The notes under the pieces: generated by a model
What the model saw: the letters and a program-made list of their open reading frames with translations, nothing else
Databases searched by the model: none
Told to the model about the DNA's origin: nothing
Assembly (NCBI GenBank): GCA_028820455.1
Contig: JAPPJC010000006.1
Span: forward strand, 34,682-98,681
From: Acidimicrobiaceae bacterium
GTDB taxonomy: Bacteria; Actinomycetota; Acidimicrobiia; Acidimicrobiales; Aldehydirespiratoraceae
Direction of reading: 5' to 3'
DNA length: 64,000 nucleotides
In this document: piece after piece, positions 25,530 to 37,664 of the stretch
Numbering within the stretch: position 1 is the stretch's first letter
Layout: the number at the start of each line of letters is the position of its first letter
Program-made: the position numbers and the translations under genes

Positions 25530-28500
25530 TCAACTAACAGCATCCCGAGCTATTTCACGCTCAGTGAACGCTTCGATGACATCACCTCTTTTGAGGTCCT
25601 GGAACTCTTCAAGGCCGATGCCGCATTCAAAACCCGCGTTCACTTCACGAACATCACTCGCGAAACGTTTAAGAGATGATACGTTGCCTTTCCAGATGAC
25701 CGCGCCTTCCCGCAAGAACCGAACCATCGTTCCTCGTGTGATAACACCGCTTTGCACGTAGCAGCCTGCTACCACACCCACACGTGGAATCCGGAAAACT
25801 TCACGCACCTCAGCTTCACCTGTAACGACTTCTTCAGTTTCGGGGGCGAGCATTCCGTCGATAGCAGCTGTCACGTCTTCTAACAACTTGTAAATAACCT
25901 CATAAGTGCGTATCTCCACCATCTGAGACTCAGCTACTTCACGGGCTTTACGGTCAGGGCGAACATTGAAACCAACAATAGTAGAACCTGTCACCGCTGC
26001 AAGCTGAACGTCATTCTCGGTAATACCACCCACACCCTTATGCACGAAACCAATATGCACTTCATCTCGTTCCAACTTGCGTAAACTATCGGTAACCGCC
26101 TCAAGTGAACCATTCACATCAGCTTTAACGATCACGTTGAATGAAGCTGACTCCCCTTGCTGTAAGCGATCAAAAATGCTCTCAAGCTTGACGCTGTCAG
26201 ATGAAACGTGAGCTCCACGACTCAAATTTGACAGCCGCTGCCAATATTCACGAGTGTTGGCGACTCTACCTGCAATCCGCTCATTTGGTGCTACAGCAAA
26301 AGAATCGCCGGCAGCGGCCACATCCGACATTCCCAAAACCTGAACCGGCATTGAAGGACCCGCAAATTCCACGCTTTCGCCTCGGTCGTCATGTAAAGCT
26401 CTAACTCGACCCCAAGATGATCCAGTGACCACCGAATCGCCTATCTTCAAAGTGCCGCTCTGCACTAGCAGAGTAGCTATCGCTCCTCGCCCAACATCGA
26501 GGTGGGACTCCAACACAACGCCTGCCGCTCTTCCCTCGGATGAAGCTTTTAGGTCTTCTACTTCAGCTAAAACCAGCAATTCATCAAGCAAATCTGTGAT
26601 ACCGACATTGTTCAAAGCAGAAACTTCGCAGTAAATCGTGTCACCACCCCACGCTTCAGGGACAAGTCCATTATCAGCCAGACCGGCAATAGTTTTCGGC
26701 ACATCAGCGTTGTCACGGTCGATCTTGTTGACAGCCACCAAGATAGGCACTTCGGCTGCTTTAGCGTGATTAATGGCCTCGATTGTCTGAGGCATCACTC
26801 CATCGTCAGCCGCTACCACCAAAATCACGATGTCAGTGGCATCAGCACCTCGAGCACGCATAGCCGTAAAAGCCTCATGGCCTGGAGTGTCGATAAAAGT
26901 AACCACCTCGCTGTTTCTTTCTACCTGATATGCCCCGATGTGCTGGGTTATGCCACCAGCCTCATCGGATAGTCGATTCGAATCTCGGATACGATTCAAA
27001 AGAAGAGTCTTGCCGTGATCAACATGGCCCATCACAGTAACTACAGGCGGTCTAGATTCTGCACGGTCATCATCACCATCATCAAGCGCACTATCAATAT
27101 CCAGAAGCTCCTGCAACTCGGCTTCCTGCTCCTCACCGAGATCAACGAGACGAATATTGGCTCCTATATCCAATGCAAATAGTTCAATCATTTCATCGCT
27201 GAGCGATTGGGTGGCAGTTACCATCTCACCATGTTCCATCAAAAAACGAACCACGTCAGCAGCAGTGCGGTTCAGTTTAGGACCTAAATGCTGAGCAGTG
27301 GAAGTCCTTTCAACCACTACAACACCTGCAGGCACTGGAGCGTCGGTCGGTGTGTAGGTAGGGACATCCATCGGCTTCAATGCTTCACGTTTACGAGTAC
27401 GACGCTTACGACGCTTTTGGATTGGCCTATAAGGCCCTACTCTTTGGCCTCGACCAGGACCAGGCGAAGTACGACGTTGACCACTACCAGGGCGTCTAGC
27501 TCCACCACTAGGAGCTTGGGAAGAGCGAGATTTGGTGGCATCCCTGGATCTCGGGGCAGACGACGGTGTACTGCGAGTAGGAGCACCCGGGCGAGAAACA
27601 CTAGTAGCAGATCGACCCGCGCCGCGGGAAGGCCTCCCACCAGCTGATCGTGGTCGGTGACCTGGCCCATCACGACCACGCGACGACCTCCCACTGGGGG
27701 CACGACGACCACGCGACGACCGGTCAAACCCGGTGTTAGGCCCACGCGGCGGTGGAGGAGGCGGTATAGGTTTACCAGAACGCGAAAGAGGCGGCTTAGG
27801 CCGCTGGATCACCCGTTTCTTAGGTTTGGCCTTCACAGCTGAACGGGGTGGCGTGCTTTTATCGACTGACTCGACTTCGCGGCTATCTTCAGCTGGTACA
27901 GCATCTGCTTGTCGAGTATCTGAATGCTGGGTGTGTATAACTGCTTGCTGAGTATCAGTCGGCCCCGCATCCGGCTGCCGAGTGCTTGTTTTCTCTTTAG
28001 TCGTTTGCTTAGCAGCATTTACAGGTAAAACGTCTACGTTAACCACACCATCAGAATCGGAGGTGCCGGCAGAATCAGAGAGCGGGGTTTCAAGTGACTG
28101 CCCAGATAATGACAACAAATCCGTAGGCTGCTTTGAAACAGCAGTACTCCGCTGCTCATCCTCTTGTGTAGGTGGTTGCAAGCGGCTTTCTTGAGCACCG
28201 TCCACTGCAGAAACATCGTTAGCTGCAGGCTCTATGACTGCATCAGGCTCTGCAATCGCTGTAGAAGACCTATCAGCTTTCAGAGGACTACTTTTCAATG
28301 TGCCGCTGTCTGAGTTTTTTGTGCTTACTGGATTGGGTTGGAAAGACTGTTGTACAGACTCAGCAGTTTCTTGTGAGTCAGCAGCTTTGTATTGCAAATC
28401 ATTTTGACTAGCTGCTGTTTTAAGAACTTGACCCAACTTACGGCCGTCAGTGGATCCACTACGAACAGTCGTAGCAGATTCAATATTCGGGCTGTTTTGA

Positions 28501-28871
28501 CCAGAGCCGTACCTATCTGAACGTTGTGAAGCACTTACAACACCAACACGAGCTTGTCTATTCGCAGCCTGACTGCGAACCGAAGACCTGCTCCGGACAC
28601 GAGCTGCAGGACGCCTCCTATTTGACGAACCACGACTACGCAAACCGGATGAACGCCTAGTTCTACTGCCAACTCCCCTTGACTGCTGATCCGGTGTGCT
28701 ACCTAAACCTTCACGTCTTGCTTTACGCCTTGCCCGATCAGCTTGTGCTTCTTCAATACTTGAAGAATGCGACTTAACTCCCATGCCGAGAGACACACAC
28801 AGGTCGAGAGTCGACTGATTGCTAATACCGAGCTCTCTCGCTAGCTCATAAACACGAATCTTTTTAGGCAC
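25530..28871 (-). CDS. infB: Translation initiation factor IF-2
   Basis: 1113 aa with GTPase motifs [19 protein letters not shown] and NKID. The N-terminal region is about 500 aa of S/R/P/Q-rich low complexity. Confidence 0.97.
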   Translation of the reverse strand: MPKKIRVYELARELGISNQSTLDLCVSLGMGVKSHSSSIEEAQADRARRKARREGLGSTPDQQSRGVGSRTRRSSGLRSRGSSNRRRPAARVRSRSSVRSQAANRQARVGVVSASQRSDRYGSGQNSPNIESATTVRSGSTDGRKLGQVLKTAASQNDLQYKAADSQETAESVQQSFQPNPVSTKNSDSGTLKSSPLKADRSSTAIAEPDAVIEPAANDVSAVDGAQESRLQPPTQEDEQRSTAVSKQPTDLLSLSGQSLETPLSDSAGTSDSDGVVNVDVLPVNAAKQTTKEKTSTRQPDAGPTDTQQAVIHTQHSDTRQADAVPAEDSREVESVDKSTPPRSAVKAKPKKRVIQRPKPPLSRSGKPIPPPPPPRGPNTGFDRSSRGRRAPSGRSSRGRDGPGHRPRSAGGRPSRGAGRSATSVSRPGAPTRSTPSSAPRSRDATKSRSSQAPSGGARRPGSGQRRTSPGPGRGQRVGPYRPIQKRRKRRTRKREALKPMDVPTYTPTDAPVPAGVVVVERTSTAQHLGPKLNRTAADVVRFLMEHGEMVTATQSLSDEMIELFALDIGANIRLVDLGEEQEAELQELLDIDSALDDGDDDRAESRPPVVTVMGHVDHGKTLLLNRIRDSNRLSDEAGGITQHIGAYQVERNSEVVTFIDTPGHEAFTAMRARGADATDIVILVVAADDGVMPQTIEAINHAKAAEVPILVAVNKIDRDNADVPKTIAGLADNGLVPEAWGGDTIYCEVSALNNVGITDLLDELLVLAEVEDLKASSEGRAAGVVLESHLDVGRGAIATLLVQSGTLKIGDSVVTGSSWGRVRALHDDRGESVEFAGPSMPVQVLGMSDVAAAGDSFAVAPNERIAGRVANTREYWQRLSNLSRGAHVSSDSVKLESIFDRLQQGESASFNVIVKADVNGSLEAVTDSLRKLERDEVHIGFVHKGVGGITENDVQLAAVTGSTIVGFNVRPDRKAREVAESQMVEIRTYEVIYKLLEDVTAAIDGMLAPETEEVVTGEAEVREVFRIPRVGVVAGCYVQSGVITRGTMVRFLREGAVIWKGNVSSLKRFASDVREVNAGFECGIGLEEFQDLKRGDVIEAFTEREIARDAVS

Positions 28872-28988
28872 TCTGTGATGTCTCCGACCTGTACAAACTC
28901 TAACTGCGACTAATAAATGAGGCTTCTCAAAACTACCAAGCTCTCAACTGGATTTTGTTTGTGAGAAAAACCATGAAGCTCTAAGGAA

Positions 28989-30212
28989 CTATTCAACCTT
29001 AACATCTGACTCTGATAACGGCTCCTCTGCTTGCCCGTTCGGCATCAACTCCTGTTGCGTTTCATCCGACTCCTGGCCTACCTCTTGATATGCTTCCAAG
29101 TCTTGTCCTGAAAAACTAGAAGTCCACGCTTCAGCACTAACAGCCTCTCCACCATCAGCAGACTGCCAGAACTGTTCGCCTGTCTCAGCGTCTGTAATCC
29201 ATTCACCTTCCGCCCAATCCACATCACCATATGCCATTTCTTCAGCAAACTGGGTTTCACTCTTAATATTGATATTCCAACCCGTAAGTCTGCTGGCAAG
29301 TCGAGCATTCTGTCCTTCTTTTCCAATAGCCAAAGATAGCTGATAATCGGGAACTATCACATCACATTCCCTGGTCGCTTCATTGGAACGCACTTCTTTA
29401 ACACGTGCAGGAGACAAAGAGCTGACAACGAAATCGGCGGGTTCGTTGCTGTAGGGAACTATGTCTATCTTTTCACCGTGCAACTCATTCACTACTTGAC
29501 GTACCCTAGCACCTCGAGCTCCAACGCAAGCACCCACCGGATCGACTGTCGGGTCGTTTGAATGTACTGCCAGTTTCGTACGGTGGCCAGGCTCACGTGC
29601 GCATGCTTTGACTTCCACAATTCCGTCGGCAATTTCTGGTACTTCCAGCTCAAAAAGTCGCTTAATCAAACCAGGGTGAGTGCGACTAACCACTATCTGT
29701 GGGCCTTTAGCTGTCTTACGAACCTCGACAATGTAAGCTTTAAGGCGGGCGTTGGTTTCAGGACGCTCAAAAGGCACCTGCTCAACTTGCGGTAAAATTG
29801 CTTCTACCCGTCCTAAATCAAGCAACGTATATCGAGCGTCCGCCTGCTGGATCATGCCAGTGACAATATCTCCCTCCCGGCCTGCGTACTCTTCATATTT
29901 GAGCTCGCGTTCTGCTTCACGTATTCGTTGTTGCATTACCTGGCGGGTAGTTCTAGCTGCAATACGACCAAAGTTAGGAGGAGTAACATCGAACTCCTCG
30001 CCCACTGGATAACCGTCATCGTCAAGCTCCTGGGCCATCACCGCGTATTCCATGGTGTCGGGATCGATGGTCACCCACGCGTATTCATGGGCATTAGGCA
30101 TGCGTTTATAAGCTGCCTCAAGGCCATCTGCTAAAGCACCAAGTAAAGCATCGACTGTGATACCTCTTTCAACCGCTACAGTTTGTAGAGCTTCCAAAGT
30201 CTCGGGGTTCAT
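28989..30212 (-). CDS. nusA: Transcription termination/antitermination factor NusA
   Basis: N-terminal domain, S1 and two KH regions (…GDIVTGMIQQ…, …ACVGARGARVRQVVNELHGEKIDIV…, …AIGKEGQNARLASRLTGWNINI…). AAGGAG lies 8 nt upstream of the ATG. Confidence 0.95.
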   Translation of the reverse strand: MNPETLEALQTVAVERGITVDALLGALADGLEAAYKRMPNAHEYAWVTIDPDTMEYAVMAQELDDDGYPVGEEFDVTPPNFGRIAARTTRQVMQQRIREAERELKYEEYAGREGDIVTGMIQQADARYTLLDLGRVEAILPQVEQVPFERPETNARLKAYIVEVRKTAKGPQIVVSRTHPGLIKRLFELEVPEIADGIVEVKACAREPGHRTKLAVHSNDPTVDPVGACVGARGARVRQVVNELHGEKIDIVPYSNEPADFVVSSLSPARVKEVRSNEATRECDVIVPDYQLSLAIGKEGQNARLASRLTGWNINIKSETQFAEEMAYGDVDWAEGEWITDAETGEQFWQSADGGEAVSAEAWTSSFSGQDLEAYQEVGQESDETQQELMPNGQAEEPLSESDVKVE

Positions 30213-30633
30213 TAACGTGTCTCCTTGAGGCTGGACGGTTAATTTATTCAGGGATTGAGTGTTAATTGAATATCAAATATGACTGATGCACCTAACAGTT
30301 GTCCGCTATTGCCCGTATCCGCGACTCACTAACGGGGCAAATCCCGAGTCACCGATATAACTAGCCGAACAGACCATATGCACCAACCGTTCAGGCACTC
30401 CCATTCTCATTATTCAACCTTGGCTAAAGAATAGGTCTAACGGTATCGAGGATTCTACCAGAATATTCACCTAAATTAAGGCCTAGCCACCAACAAACTC
30501 AAATCCCTCATCCCACTACCACCTACCAGTGTTCGCTGACGAGTTGACCAGCCAATCTGGATCAACAAACTCAAAACCACCATCCCTGCTACTCCACCCC
30601 CTCCCACTGCTACCCAAGAGATGAGTATTCAGT

Positions 30634-31857
30634 TCAGCGGCGGCGAATAGTAGCGATAACTGCTTCAGTATTGTTGGCGTTCACACCCACGTTCTCTAGA
30701 TTCCTTTGGCGGTCCTCCATAGCAGCCTTTCTAGCTGCTTCGCGTGTGTTTTTTGCTCTTCTCAAAGCCGCTTGCGCGCCATGCTTGTTCATGAACTCAG
30801 CCCATTCAACCAGCGAAGACACCATGTCTGACTCCGGAACGACAGCCACATTCACACCTTTTACAAACAGATGACCTCGCCGGTTACCCGCAGCAATACC
30901 CAGATCGGCATCACGCGCTTCTCCAGGGCCGTTAACCACACATCCCATTACAGCCACCTGCAGAGGTATTTTACGGTCGCTCAAAGCTTTCATCGCTTCC
31001 TCAGCAACACTGAATACGTCAATCTCAGCACGACCGCAACTAGGGCATGCGATCAGGTCGACATTGCGTCGTTCTCTCAGTCCCATCGCTTCCAACAGAT
31101 GACGCCCAGCTTTGACTTCTTCCACCGGATCAGCTGTCAACGAATAACGAATCGTATCACCAATACCTTCAGCAAGCAAGGTAGCCATCCCCGCGGTTGC
31201 TTTAATCGTCCCAGCAGGCGGAGGCCCTGCCTCAGTAACCCCGAGATGCAAAGGATGGTCCGTCACTTCAGACAGTTGACGGTAGGCTTCGATCATCAGC
31301 GGCACGTTTGAAGCTTTCACCGAAATCTTTACCAGATCGAAATCAACCTCCTCAAAATAACGCAGTTCACGTTGAGCTGATTCGACCATCGCCTCAGGGG
31401 TCACTCCAAGTTCAGGGTCATACAGATCCGGGTCAAGCGACCCACCATTCACGCCTATGCGTATCGGCACCCCACGATCACGACATTCACTGGCAACCGC
31501 TTTAATATGAGCAGGTTTACGTATGTTTCCAGGGTTAAGGCGCAAACAATGAACACCCGCATCCAAAGCAGCCAAAGCCATGCGGTAGTTGTGATGAATG
31601 TCAGCTACTATCGGCACAGGAGAACGGGGAACAATCCGAGCTAAACCTTCAGCTGCTTCTTGACGGTTGCAGGTGCAGCGCACAATATCAGCACCCGCTG
31701 CTGCCACTGCATAAATCTGCTGCAAAGTCTGCTCGTAATCAGCGGTTTTAGTAACTGTCATGGTTTGCACGGTTACCGGGGATCCATCCCCTACCGGCAC
31801 TTTTCCGACCATAATGCGCCTAGTCGGACGACGTTCAAAAAGAATTCTTATCTTCAT
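30634..31857 (-). CDS. ispG: 4-hydroxy-3-methylbut-2-enyl-diphosphate synthase
   Basis: …VDLIACPSCGR…VAVMGCVVNGPGEA… are the 4Fe-4S cysteines, and the TIM-barrel N-half reads …RIGVNGGSL…. Confidence 0.95.
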   Translation of the reverse strand: MKIRILFERRPTRRIMVGKVPVGDGSPVTVQTMTVTKTADYEQTLQQIYAVAAAGADIVRCTCNRQEAAEGLARIVPRSPVPIVADIHHNYRMALAALDAGVHCLRLNPGNIRKPAHIKAVASECRDRGVPIRIGVNGGSLDPDLYDPELGVTPEAMVESAQRELRYFEEVDFDLVKISVKASNVPLMIEAYRQLSEVTDHPLHLGVTEAGPPPAGTIKATAGMATLLAEGIGDTIRYSLTADPVEEVKAGRHLLEAMGLRERRNVDLIACPSCGRAEIDVFSVAEEAMKALSDRKIPLQVAVMGCVVNGPGEARDADLGIAAGNRRGHLFVKGVNVAVVPESDMVSSLVEWAEFMNKHGAQAALRRAKNTREAARKAAMEDRQRNLENVGVNANNTEAVIATIRRR

Positions 31858-31879
31858 AGATCAAAAGCAACAAGCATAA

Positions 31880-33451
31880 TCAAGAGAAACTCAAGGGGTC
31901 TACAATGTCACGCACCAAAGTCGCCACGCCAATAAACAAAAGTATTCCTATCATGATATAGGTTAACGGGATAAGCTTGCTCGCATCCACGTGATACGGA
32001 CCACCTCGTATAGAACGGATGCGTTCATAAGTGGCTACCATCACGTGTCCACCATCAAGTGGCAATATCGGTAGCAGGTTGAACACGCCTATGAAAACAT
32101 TGACAAGCATCATGAGAGTCATAAGTCCTATCATTCCTCCTGATACGGCACTGTCAACTCCGAGTCTGGCAACGCCGTAGATAGAAATCAGGCGATTTTC
32201 ATTGGGGTTGGTAGGATTAGCAGCCTCTGCAAGCCTTTGAACTTCTATTTCATCAGGGGATAGTTGCATGAACAGGTCACTGGGTTCGGGAACTTCAGCA
32301 TTTCCACTAATACTCTTGACAAGCTCCAACAAACCTTGAGAGAAAACCTTGGGAATAGCAAGAGATACATTTTTTATCAGTTCAAACAATATTTTTGCAG
32401 ACTCAACACCAGCAACGAAAGGATTCGCTCCAGAAAAGCTATAGACAGCTGAAATACCGAAATAACCTTCAGTGGCTTCGGATGCATCTACAACCTCAGT
32501 CAACTTGACCTCTGCTACTAATTCTCCACCCATTTGAGTGTTTCTTAAATTAACTTCTATCAACTGATCAGGCTGTGAAAGGGCATAGTCCACTACCTCT
32601 GCGTAGCTAGGAAGGCCGTCGGTTTCAAGACCTTTAACAGTTAGCAGTTGATCTCCTTCTATAAGCCCTGCAAAACCATCAGCACCTTCGACTGTAAGCC
32701 GCTCACCCATTTCTGCTGCAGCGACATGCTCAACACCATTACGCAAATAAACCAATTCCACTTCCTCACCTTTTGATTTAGAGGCAACTTGAGTACTGAA
32801 ATCGTCGTATAAGCCTATTGAGGTACCGTCGACAGATACCACCTTATCACCAGTCTTTAAGCCAATCTCATGAGCAGTGCTGTTAGGAACGACATGGCCT
32901 ATCGTCCATTCATCCTGACGAGATGCGGAATCTACAGATACTCCACCCATAAGAAACAGCATAAACAACAAAGCAAACGCCATCAAAAAATGCATACCCG
33001 AACCAGCAACTAAAACAAGCAGCTTTCGGGGGTAGCTTTTGTTACGGAAACTACGAGATTCGTCTTCCGGTGCTACCTGTTCCAGGTTGTTCATTCCCAC
33101 TATGCGGACATACGCTCCGAACCATAGTGGCTTAACACCATAATCGACCTCTTTATAACGAAACGACCATAACCGCGGCCCGAAACCCAGAAAAAACTCG
33201 GTAACTTTCATCCCAACCCAACGAGCTGTGAGATAATGTCCGAGTTCGTGCATCAACACCATGAATATCAAAGCGCAGATAACCAGCAGCCATAGCCCGC
33301 CGAATTGCAAACCAATCCAACCCAGAAAAATCAAGAATAATACAAAATTGATGCGACCCGACATACGCCGAGACCTTGCTGAAAAATCATCAGCATTTTT
33401 GGCTGGGTCTGCTGATTGTCGCTGCTCTAAAGCCGAACTCAATAACTTCAT
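31880..33451 (-). CDS. rseP: Site-2 (RIP) zinc metalloprotease, M50 family
   Basis: HELGHYLTARW (HExxH) in TM1, PDZ-like central region, and NLLPILPLDGGH near the C-terminus. Confidence 0.9.
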   Translation of the reverse strand: MKLLSSALEQRQSADPAKNADDFSARSRRMSGRINFVLFLIFLGWIGLQFGGLWLLVICALIFMVLMHELGHYLTARWVGMKVTEFFLGFGPRLWSFRYKEVDYGVKPLWFGAYVRIVGMNNLEQVAPEDESRSFRNKSYPRKLLVLVAGSGMHFLMAFALLFMLFLMGGVSVDSASRQDEWTIGHVVPNSTAHEIGLKTGDKVVSVDGTSIGLYDDFSTQVASKSKGEEVELVYLRNGVEHVAAAEMGERLTVEGADGFAGLIEGDQLLTVKGLETDGLPSYAEVVDYALSQPDQLIEVNLRNTQMGGELVAEVKLTEVVDASEATEGYFGISAVYSFSGANPFVAGVESAKILFELIKNVSLAIPKVFSQGLLELVKSISGNAEVPEPSDLFMQLSPDEIEVQRLAEAANPTNPNENRLISIYGVARLGVDSAVSGGMIGLMTLMMLVNVFIGVFNLLPILPLDGGHVMVATYERIRSIRGGPYHVDASKLIPLTYIMIGILLFIGVATLVRDIVDPLSFS

Positions 33452-34599
33452 CTCTGTTCTACCATTCTAATCGCTGCTTGTCTGGCTTGCACATCAGCTG
33501 CTAAAACACACTCCAGGTCAACTGCTTTGTCACCTGGCCACTGGGCGAGTGTCTGAGCTAGAATAGGAGCTATCTCAACCCAGGCAATCCTTCCATCAAG
33601 AAAAGCTTGAACAGCAACCTCATTGGCTGCATTAAGCCATGCTGGTGCTGTCTCACCAGCTCTGCCTGCCTCATATGCAAGATCAAGACAAGGGAAAACA
33701 GTCCGATCCGGTGGTTCAAAATCCAGGTGCCTTGGTTGAGTCCAGTCGATAGCCCCAAAAGGAGTGTCCAATCGGTCTGGACAGGCCAAAGCGTAGCTAA
33801 TGCAGAGACGCATGTCTGGCATGGACAGCTGCGCTATTACAGCACCGTCGCAGAAAGTGACCATGGAATGAACGACCGACTGGCGATGCACCACAACTTC
33901 AATACGGTCATAGTCCACATCGAACAATTCGTGTGCTTCTATCACTTCAAGGCCCTTATTCATAAGCGTACTCGAATCAACTGTTATTTTCGGCCCCATC
34001 TGCCAGGTAGGATGTGCTAGAGCATTTTCAACGGTTACATTCTGTAAACGTTCAGATGACCAACCAAGAAACGGTCCTCCACTAGCTGTAAGCACAATAG
34101 AAGACACCTGGTCGTGAGAGCGGCCACTCAACAAACACTGTTGTACCGCAGAATGTTCGGAGTCGATCGGAATGATCTCAGCCCCAGGAGTAGACCACGC
34201 TCGACGTACTACTGGACCCGCAGCAATCAACGACTCCTTGTTGGCTAAACCAAGCCTTTTACCCGCCTGCAATACCGCCAGGGTTATCGGTAGGCCTGCA
34301 AACCCAACCACCGCGTTGATTACAATATCGGCTGACCTGGCCACATCTACCAAGGAACTGTCACCTGCTAACAACTTAATACCTTTGGGCAGTTTCTCCT
34401 GTAAAGACCGAGCGGCCTGAGGGTCGGCCAATGCCACTACTTCAGGACGAAACCTACAAGCCTGATCGGCTAAAACATCTACAGATCCGCGTGCTGCCAA
34501 TGCTACGATTTTGTAGCTGTCCGAGTAGTTCTTCAAAACGTCCAGCGTCTGCAAACCGACAGAACCAGTGGAACCTAAAATTGCTACCGTTTTCATCAA
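33448..34599 (-). CDS. dxr: 1-deoxy-D-xylulose-5-phosphate reductoisomerase
   Basis: ILGSTGSVG NADPH-binding motif, …LANKESL…, …PIDSEHSA…, …NKGLEVIEA…. The likely start is ATG 34596 (the track start at 34599 is TTG). Confidence 0.95.
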   Translation of the reverse strand: MMKTVAILGSTGSVGLQTLDVLKNYSDSYKIVALAARGSVDVLADQACRFRPEVVALADPQAARSLQEKLPKGIKLLAGDSSLVDVARSADIVINAVVGFAGLPITLAVLQAGKRLGLANKESLIAAGPVVRRAWSTPGAEIIPIDSEHSAVQQCLLSGRSHDQVSSIVLTASGGPFLGWSSERLQNVTVENALAHPTWQMGPKITVDSSTLMNKGLEVIEAHELFDVDYDRIEVVVHRQSVVHSMVTFCDGAVIAQLSMPDMRLCISYALACPDRLDTPFGAIDWTQPRHLDFEPPDRTVFPCLDLAYEAGRAGETAPAWLNAANEVAVQAFLDGRIAWVEIAPILAQTLAQWPGDKAVDLECVLAADVQARQAAIRMVEQR

Positions 34600-34766
34600 A
34601 ATCCTAGTGTGTCAACAATCATGAGGGCCCGCTGTTACTCGTTAAACCGAACCTGAAAGCTTCATCAAAATCCTACGAAGTAGGACGCTACTCGGAAATT
34701 TCAGTGGCGTACCATCACTCCGGTAAGCGTTCTAGAAAACCATGTGGTACCACCACCCGGGTAGGA

Positions 34767-36029
34767 TCAAGCAACAGCGATAATGTCTGTCAAAAGGGCT
34801 GTGTAATAAACGGCAGGAATCACAAACAAGAGAGCGTCAAAACGATCGAAAGCTCCGCCATGACCAGGCAACAAAGTACCCATATCCTTCAAATTAAGAT
34901 CACGCTTAAGCAACGATTCAGCTAAATCGCCAATTGGTGCGGCAATTGCCGCAACTAAAGCCAACAGCAGCACAGGCCACAAGCTAACAGCAGACTCATC
35001 AACTAATTCTGGATATCCAGTAGAGCCCACAATGAAACCGACTACAAGAGTAATGACGAAAGCACCTATCAGTCCTTCCATAGTCTTATTGGGGCTAACA
35101 CGAGATAGAGGATTGCGACCAGCGGCCACTCCTACAACCAGCCCACCCACATCACTGGCAACAGTGAACAAGATCGCTACCAACAATAGGTTAAGGCCAT
35201 TATCCTCTCGCAATATCAGAGAAGCGTGCGATCCTAAAACTCCTACATAGACAACAACGAACAGCGTACTCGCCAAACCTTGCAGCGGCCCCTCGGCGAT
35301 CACCCCTGTGAGATACCAGAGTGCACCGAATATCACAGTTAAAACGACTACCACAGGTATTGCCGCTGCACCACGCCAAAAAACCGCCAAAGGCATGAAC
35401 ACTACACTGGCCAACCCGAGAAACACAGCTGGTTGGGTATAAGACAATCGCAAAGCATTGAATAATTCAACAGCAACCCATCCGAGTATCACCACAACTA
35501 AACCCAACGCGACTTCTGTGCCAATCCGTATAGCTGAAAAAGCTGCAGCAGCTAATATCAAACCAAATAGCACAGCCATGCGCATGTCTCGTTTATGATG
35601 GTCGCTAGCTGCTGAATGAGCGGCATAAGAATCAAAGGGCTTCTGGTGATCGTCGTAAGCAAAAAAGTCGGAACCCACATCACTAGTAGTCAAACCCGCA
35701 GTCTCCTCAGACCCAAAAGACGACGGATGTGTCGGGTCATCAGCCCATTGCGTCTGGGTAGCATAATCTGTCCACAAGTCCATCTCTTCTTGGGGTTTTT
35801 CTTCTTGTATCACAGGTTCATACAAATCAGTTTCCATTTTTTGGCTTTCCACTGGAACACCTTGGGATACTCGCGCACCGAACACAGAACTTCCCGTGTG
35901 CGTGTTGAAATCATCAGCGACATCAGCTGAATCGTCAGCTTGAAAAGTGTCCTCCGGGTATGTGTCCCCCGAATGATCCGGGTTGTTTCGGGTGTCGTCT
36001 TTATTCATTGTTGACTCATTTTTGACCAC
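34767..36029 (-). CDS. cdsA: Phosphatidate cytidylyltransferase with ~150-aa acidic N-terminal extension
   Basis: The C-terminal CTP_transf_1 signature reads SLLKRDLNLKDMGTLLPGHGGAFDRFD, with multiple TM segments. Confidence 0.85.
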   Translation of the reverse strand: MVKNESTMNKDDTRNNPDHSGDTYPEDTFQADDSADVADDFNTHTGSSVFGARVSQGVPVESQKMETDLYEPVIQEEKPQEEMDLWTDYATQTQWADDPTHPSSFGSEETAGLTTSDVGSDFFAYDDHQKPFDSYAAHSAASDHHKRDMRMAVLFGLILAAAAFSAIRIGTEVALGLVVVILGWVAVELFNALRLSYTQPAVFLGLASVVFMPLAVFWRGAAAIPVVVVLTVIFGALWYLTGVIAEGPLQGLASTLFVVVYVGVLGSHASLILREDNGLNLLLVAILFTVASDVGGLVVGVAAGRNPLSRVSPNKTMEGLIGAFVITLVVGFIVGSTGYPELVDESAVSLWPVLLLALVAAIAAPIGDLAESLLKRDLNLKDMGTLLPGHGGAFDRFDALLFVIPAVYYTALLTDIIAVA

Positions 36030-36209
36030 TCATACAATTACTACACATACAATAGCACCTTACAATGCCCCTTAACTCTGTTCACTACTCGGGTCAAACC
36101 GATCAAGCTGTTTAGAGCTACTTAGATTATACTGCTCGAACTGATTGTAGTGTCACTCTTTCATTAATCCAGTGTTACTCCACGCTTGTCACCAAACAAA
36201 CGCCTGCTA

Positions 36210-36779
36210 TCAAACATCGAGTAATTCTTGCTCTTTGCGCTTTTGGGCTTCATCCACCTGAGCTTCATATTTGCGTGCAATGGCGTCCACTTTGTCTGTC
36301 GCTCGAGCAATGTCGTCAAAAGACACACCGCCGTCTTTTTTTATTTCATCAATATCTTTGCGAGCTGTGCGACGTAATCCTCTTATCTGGTTACGAGAAT
36401 CTTCTGCCATGGAGCCCACCAATTTCGCTAACTCTTTACGACGTTGCTCCGTAAGAGGCGGGAAGAACAACCGCATAACCCGACCATCATTAATTGGTGC
36501 CAATCCCAGCTGAGATTGCTGAATAGCACGTTCAATCGCTGCAATATTCGCGGCATCGTGTGGGGTGATCAGTAGTTGTCTGGCTTCCGGCACAGAAAAA
36601 CTCACCAACTCCTGCATGGGCAGTATCACTCCGTAAGCTTCCACAGGAACACGTTCTAAGAGGGCGGAGTTAGCCCTACCCGTGCGCACGTTGGAAAACT
36701 CACGACGGGCAGCAGCTACCGCTTCACCCATCCGTTCATCTGACTCCTCGAGAACCAGCTCGATTAATTCTTCAGTCAT
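36210..36779 (-). CDS. frr: Ribosome recycling factor
   Basis: 189 aa with …FSNVRTGRANSALLERV… and …PPLTEQRRKELAK…. Confidence 0.95.
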   Translation of the reverse strand: MTEELIELVLEESDERMGEAVAAARREFSNVRTGRANSALLERVPVEAYGVILPMQELVSFSVPEARQLLITPHDAANIAAIERAIQQSQLGLAPINDGRVMRLFFPPLTEQRRKELAKLVGSMAEDSRNQIRGLRRTARKDIDEIKKDGGVSFDDIARATDKVDAIARKYEAQVDEAQKRKEQELLDV

Positions 36780-36808
36780 ACCTGTTGGCCCCCATGCTTG
36801 CTGTTCTC

Positions 36809-37588
<780 letters not shown>

Positions 37589-37664
37589 TCATGTCAGACA
37601 CATTCTGGGTATCACGCACACAATAATAATTTCACAGCATACTCTTCTAAACCACAACCAACTT

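Noticed and set aside
27288-28216. Multiple 60-120-aa ORFs on both strands inside infB
   Set aside because: They are frame shadows generated by the repetitive R/S/P/G-rich IF-2 N-terminal coding region.
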